From a virus (Duplodnaviria; Caudoviricetes): DNA of 64,000 nucleotides. The stretch spans positions 32,001 through 96,000 of IMG/VR virus record IMGVR_UViG_3300028591_000129; one strand, 5' to 3'. Numbering within the stretch: the first letter of the stretch is position 1; every line of letters begins with the position of its first letter. Shown here piece after piece: positions 58,638 through 64,000 of the stretch. The notes beneath the pieces are model-generated. The model made no database searches. It was not told where the DNA came from and saw only the letters and a list, made by a program, of their open reading frames with translations. The position numbers and the translations under genes are program-made.

Positions 58638-59641
58638 GCAAACACCACCTCAAGGTTATTTATCTCTTCATCTGTCAACTCGCCTATGTCTTTCTTTCCG
58701 CTCGGTATCACAAACTCGTCTATAAGTTTATTCCGAACGGCTCTTCTTATCTTCACCGCTCCTGCACGTCCCGCGTCGTCATTATCCAACCCAAGTATTA
58801 ACTGACGTGTCGGTAATGCCTTTAGCTGTGACATTTGGTAGTCACTGAAAAGACAACCAAATCCTGCAACTGCAAGCTTACCGTTACACCAAAGGCGTAA
58901 GCAATCAAACAACCCCTCACACACGCATACGGGCTCGGGGTACGTACTTCGCTTACCGTACTTTTCCTCTAACGCGTGAATGCACTCATACAGACCATAT
59001 AACGGCTTCTCTATGCCTTTAGGAATATCAAAACGCTTACTGCCGACGGCACGACGAGCAACAAAAAGACAAGTGCCCTCGATACCTTTAACGGGAAACG
59101 TAATGTCACCACGAACAGGGTCATACCCAAGGTCAAAAAGCTCAATAATGCTATCATTTAACCCCCTCTTGTACAGATACTCGTGTGTGTACCTGTAACT
59201 GTCCAACTCTTCCTCGCTTACGGCGAGCAAAGGTTGATTAGGATTATTATAGCCCAAAACAGTATTCTTATCGGCAACGTTAGCACGCGCCACATTAATT
59301 TCAATAGCAACACGGTCACTCACCCCCACTGATAAAAAATTCTGTGTTAACCAATGGTAGCCCCAATTACGGTCTTCGTATCCGAAACACCTCGCGATTA
59401 GCCTGTCTAAACCCATTGTCTCATCACACGCCAAGCAATGCGAAACACCGTCGGCTTTACGGATACCCATACTCGGTTTACTCTCCTGACCGTCCTTATG
59501 GAATGGACAGCATACCATTATGTCGTCACCACAATCGTTTATCTTCGCAAAGCGCTTTATTCCGTTCTCGGCTAACTGCCTGCGAAGTTCTACCAATATG
59601 TCCATAAGGTCAACCGTGAAGATTGTTCCGTTAATCAGCAT
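58634..59641 (-). CDS. DNA primase (CHC2 zinc finger + Toprim)
   Basis: CPFH...PS...HCLAC; VCEGLFD; LDND.AG; KDIGE. Confidence 0.9.
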   Translation of the reverse strand: MLINGTIFTVDLMDILVELRRQLAENGIKRFAKINDCGDDIMVCCPFHKDGQESKPSMGIRKADGVSHCLACDETMGLDRLIARCFGYEDRNWGYHWLTQNFLSVGVSDRVAIEINVARANVADKNTVLGYNNPNQPLLAVSEEELDSYRYTHEYLYKRGLNDSIIELFDLGYDPVRGDITFPVKGIEGTCLFVARRAVGSKRFDIPKGIEKPLYGLYECIHALEEKYGKRSTYPEPVCVCEGLFDCLRLWCNGKLAVAGFGCLFSDYQMSQLKALPTRQLILGLDNDDAGRAGAVKIRRAVRNKLIDEFVIPSGKKDIGELTDEEINNLEVVFA

Positions 59642-59752
59642 TGTTATTCCTCCTCGGATAAGTAGAATGCCAACCAACTTAAATAAGCTTTAGCAAGCTC
59701 GGCACAAATCTGTGCTATATCCGCCCTGCTCAACTTATTCTCCGTGAACACA

Positions 59753-60352
59753 TTAATGCTTTCCTGCGTTATCCTGTTCACTAACAGCTTCCGCTCCCGA
59801 GAGTTCATTATTAAACACCCCCTCTATCTGTCTGTATTCGTCATAGCTTACTGCACCGTATATGAGTTCCATAGGGTCTCCTGTCCCACACTTAATTGCG
59901 TCGTGGAATGCAGAAAACACGTCATACGATACTTTACCATAAAGCATACTAAACAGGGTAGCTTCTTGCTCACTCGTCGTATTCGTACGTGCAACGATAA
60001 CCTCTGCCTCAATCTCTTTCGGCTTTGTATTATCAACACGCCTGAAGAACGCGTCCTTTTTCTCGACTTCCATAGCTCCGCTCTTTGCTACCTGCTTCGC
60101 TGTGCGGTGCTCGCTTACCCATTCCTTATGGTCTTCCGCGAAGTGTGCCTTACCCTCGTCAAAGTCAACGTCAAAGAAGTTACACAGCTTCTCGATTACG
60201 CCGTCACTCGGCATAACCTGACCACTGAAGTATCCACCCCAACTCGAAGACCCTATATCGTCAAAAGCACTCACCAAGTCCTTATAACGGATATTGCACT
60301 CAACACGCTTCCTGTTCCACCAAGTAACCTTGCGCATACCTGAAAATGACAT
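59753..60352 (-). CDS. XRE/Cro-C1-like HTH regulator
   Basis: SS...YFSG..MP....IEKLC.FF.V helix-turn-helix pattern. Confidence 0.5.
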   Translation of the reverse strand: MSFSGMRKVTWWNRKRVECNIRYKDLVSAFDDIGSSSWGGYFSGQVMPSDGVIEKLCNFFDVDFDEGKAHFAEDHKEWVSEHRTAKQVAKSGAMEVEKKDAFFRRVDNTKPKEIEAEVIVARTNTTSEQEATLFSMLYGKVSYDVFSAFHDAIKCGTGDPMELIYGAVSYDEYRQIEGVFNNELSGAEAVSEQDNAGKH

Positions 60353-60439
60353 ACATTTAACCCCCTAATTTCTTTGGTCTATATGGCTTGTACTTCGGAA
60401 TGTCCCTGTAACCCTCTGTAAGCCACTTAATAAACGCTC

Positions 60440-63400
60440 TTACCAATTCATAAAGTAATCTGACTGTTCTCTTGAACATTGTCTTTCTCCGTCCCTCACG
60501 GCTCGTGCTACGCCCTGTCTCAACAACGCGTCTATCTGTCTCTGCTTCTCGGCGACCTTATCCTCAAGTCTCCAATTCTCGCGTCTGAACATTGCCCACG
60601 CAACAACAAAACCGATAAGTGCACCTGCTACGATTAATTCCATATCAATCTCCCTCCTCTAACTGTAAGTCGATATACATTGCGTCGTCGTGTACAGTTA
60701 TCAAGCATACGTCTGCATTTAACAAGGCGTCGCTTAAGATACCGTCAGCATAACCCTCACAGATAGCCTTTACGCAAACGTTCGGCTTGTCAATGTCTCC
60801 GTTACCGTCACGTGCTGTGTTGATATACACGTCACACAATGCACTTGAAATTAAGTCCTTTACTGTCATTCTGTCTACCTCGTTTCTGTTTATGAGTTTT
60901 AATTTGCAGTATCAATATAACATAGTACCGATATATTTGTCAATACTATTTTTTCAACTCAAACGACGTCTTCTTTCTTTTGCTCAAATCCACGCTTACA
61001 AGCTCTGTCACTTGGCTTATGATACCTTGAGATAGAATGCTCACTCCAAGTCGCCTGCATAACCTTACTCATACACTCAATGCCTACGACAGTCTCTTCG
61101 CCACACAGCCACTTGCAATCACGACAATGGTGTATGTCATTGTCTGCTTCATACTTCGCTGTTCTCGCTTTCCAACCGTCCTTATATCCTTGGTCATATA
61201 TCTGCTTGAATATCTTCTCCACTCTCTTGTGAATGTCCATTCTCCTGCTCCCCCTCAACCGTTAGCTTGACCTGCTTTTCAGGTAACTTCTCCATTACCA
61301 TAAGTGCGTTATGGAAGTTAAGCATAATCGTGCGTATGGCACTGTTCGCCTGCTCCATATCGGACACCGTCGCTAACACGTGTTCAATAACCTCAAGCAC
61401 ATATCGAAGTAACTCTGCGTGATTACCCTCTTCAAGGATTACACGATTGACCACTGTTGCTAATTCGCCGTTAACAGGTGCACCCAACAAAAAACTATGC
61501 ATTGGCGTATATGTCTCGTCAGTAATAGCCATAAGCTTATCCTGATTGCTCGTAGGCACTCCCTGCATTGCGTTAATCGCTATGCCAAACGCTTCAATAT
61601 CCTCGTCTAACAGATTTGACGGTGACGCCTGTAATCGCTCCCTGTACGCCTTGATAATCTCTAACGCTATCTCTTCAGTCATATCACTGCCTTTCTCGCC
61701 ACTCGCGAAGTAAATTAGGTGTAACGAATTCAACGGTCACCTGATAAGGCATTAATGCTTCACTCCACTGTGCTTGTGTATTCAAGTCAAGCACTCTGTT
61801 CTTTTCCTCAAGAACATAGCCTGCGTCCTCTCCCTCTAAAATCTCAACTCTCAAGTCTACCTTTGCTCTCATTCTCCTCTACTTCCTTTCTAACACGTTC
61901 CTTTCTAACACGCACTACTTCACAGGCGGGACAACATATTGGAAAGCTCTCTTGCTTGCCCATAGTTATATACCCCGTTTCTGACATAACATATGTGCCT
62001 CCAATACCATCTACCCAAAGTGACATATAACCGATTATCTGTCCACACTGTCCGCACTTTAATGCATACCGCTTCATTCTCGTTTTCCCTCTTATATGTC
62101 TCTATGCCACTTGCACGTTTTGCAATCGCCTTGAGCTAAATACTCTTCCGAATGCTCCCAATAATCTTCCATATTGTACGTCTTCATTCGCTTGCAAGCG
62201 GGGCAACAGATAACCGTTATATCAGGCGTACCGTAGTCTGTAAGCTGTTGATACTTATACATTTCATACCTGTCATATTCCGCACCCCAATCGGTACAAG
62301 TCTCACAATTACCGTTACAAGTGTCGGCGTCGTCGTATAAACTGCAACTCATTTCTGTATCACTCATTTTTCTTCCCCCTTGTATGTCGCACCTTATCAA
62401 TATGAATGTAAGCGGTATTGGAATGTGTAAAGAAGTCGTCATTAAGCCAATTAGTGAATACCTTTAACAAACACTCCGTACAACAAGCCTCTGTATCAGT
62501 TACACTGTCACAGCTATCGTTACCCCAATCACGGTGTCCTGTTTGTATGTCAAAATAAAAAGTTTCTTCCCAACCATATGCGTTGCACTTGTATTCTCCC
62601 TTTTTACCACACACGTCGCACACAAATTCTTCCGATACAACCTCGTCAACTTCCTTAACTACTTTCTTGGTTACCTTATTTATCATTCTCTTCCCCCTTT
62701 ATCCAACGATTATAGGCTTCGATAAAAGCTTCTTTGGTAATGACGATACTATCGCTAAAATACTTGTCGTCAATAACCTTACGAACACATATCCCACTGT
62801 CTGTAACTATCATTTTGTTATAGTATTTATTCATTATTCCCCTCCTTGCACCCAACTCTCGCAATCTTTTTCACTCCCGTATGCTTCGCAAAGAATGTCG
62901 TGAACACAATCACAAACTTCATTACACGTTGTACTGTTGATATATGCTTTCTTTATCTTCTCTACTACTTCCAATGATTTAATAGCCTGTGATATAGCGT
63001 GAATATGAGTTCTTTGAATTTCTAAACCACGTTCTCCAATAGGTAAACGACACCCTGCACCTAACCCTGCTCGAAAATTCTTTAAATCATCTATTGCTTC
63101 TTTGTTAGTCATTCTCTGCCCCTTTCGTCATCTTTGCACCGCAGTTAGGACAATAGTTTGACTTTACTTTCTGATTGGCATATTCAACTCTATATACCTT
63201 TTTACGGCAGTTAGAACAGTAAACACCCTCGTTTGAACACTCGTCTAATAAGAACCAATGCCCTGTTGGTCTTTCTTCCGCCTTACCTCGCTCATAAGCC
63301 TGTTTCCACAGCTTATCGGAATACTCGGATAAATCGTCTATCGTAGGTGCATTTTCGATAACTTCTCGTCTGAATATATCCATTTCCGTAATCCCAAACT

Positions 63401-63979
63401 CTGACTTACATTTCAGTATGAAATGTTCTCCCTCAAGAAGTTTGTCTGCATCAATTAATCTCATTCTCTGCCTCCTTAAAAACTTCGAGCAATTCCTCTA
63501 AATCAGAATGAACAGTACCTAACACTTGCTTTCTGCCATATGAATAATCACTATTGCCATCTTCAACTTCGTATAGACGAAGTGCGTTATCTCTCATACT
63601 CATTAAAGATTTGATTACCTCTAACGAATCAACAGCAAGTCTAATAGCCTGATTTGCCTCATTATCTGCTTTGCACCCGTCATAAGGGCTGATATGATTT
63701 TCTAATACTAAAATAGCTTCATCAATTTTCATTCTCTGCCTCCTTTAACTCGTCTTTAACTCGCATATCCGCACCACAATACGGACAAAATTTGAAAAAC
63801 CTTATTGAAGCATTGGTGTTATGGCTTATTCCTGTTCTGCAAAACGGACACACTTTGTCGCCGTTAAGTATAAGCCACGCACCTTGCGGTCTTTCTTCCT
63901 CATAGGAATTGCAATCAATAACATTTGTGTATTGAGCATTAAATAACTCAAAAAGATAATTGCACATTTTATTATGCAC
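60440..63979 (-). other. About 13 small hypothetical genes, several with Cys-rich Zn-ribbon modules
   Basis: ORF track; same modules as the 49.6-57 kb field. Confidence 0.7.
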
Positions 63980-64000
63980 GCATTTGACTCTATCACATTC

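Noticed and set aside
1-64000. Plus-strand ORFs in the six-frame track (e.g. 3008-3829, 19971-20663, 42341-42952)
   Set aside because: They are antisense shadows of minus-strand genes or spacers, with no recognisable motifs or convincing SD sites.
1-64000. Integrated prophage with attachment sites
   Set aside because: No integrase, att repeat or host flank is visible, so lifestyle cannot be determined from this window.

Overview
64 kb of a tailed dsDNA phage genome. The host is probably a Firmicute (Clostridia-like), inferred from gene families and promoter style. Essentially all genes are on the minus strand, and I saw no integrase or host flank. In transcription order (high to low coordinate): a field of small mosaic Zn-ribbon genes, an XRE regulator, primase, nucleotidyl- and glycosyltransferases, a cell-wall hydrolase, tRNA-Gln, SSB, a split family-A DNA polymerase, a GREB1/TAGT-like glycosyltransferase, a sliding clamp, TerS and TerL (with a mini-intein). 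A ~33 kb accessory region follows, with a Cas4-like nuclease, a PARG-type macrodomain, an HD protein, RecU, HolA, an array of short promoter-gene-terminator cassettes, an FtsK-like ATPase, a TROVE/vWA protein and an effector array. The window ends with portal, scaffold, major capsid, connector and tail genes. Strongest candidates for something new: (1) four ADP-ribosyltransferases plus a JAB protein, all starting MGSxG, each followed by a small basic peptide whose class tracks the enzyme's catalytic class; (2) polymerase motif A broken by an 11-nt stop-containing hairpin, suggesting translational bypassing; (3) a cassette array built from several recurring motifs (ACTCATA before the SD, polarised AGCTACAC, WalR-like boxes, a palindromic operator); (4) structured RNA candidates upstream of the TROVE and scaffold genes; (5) a -1 frameshift extending the capsid protein. 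All family calls come from motif recognition by eye; no database search was run.
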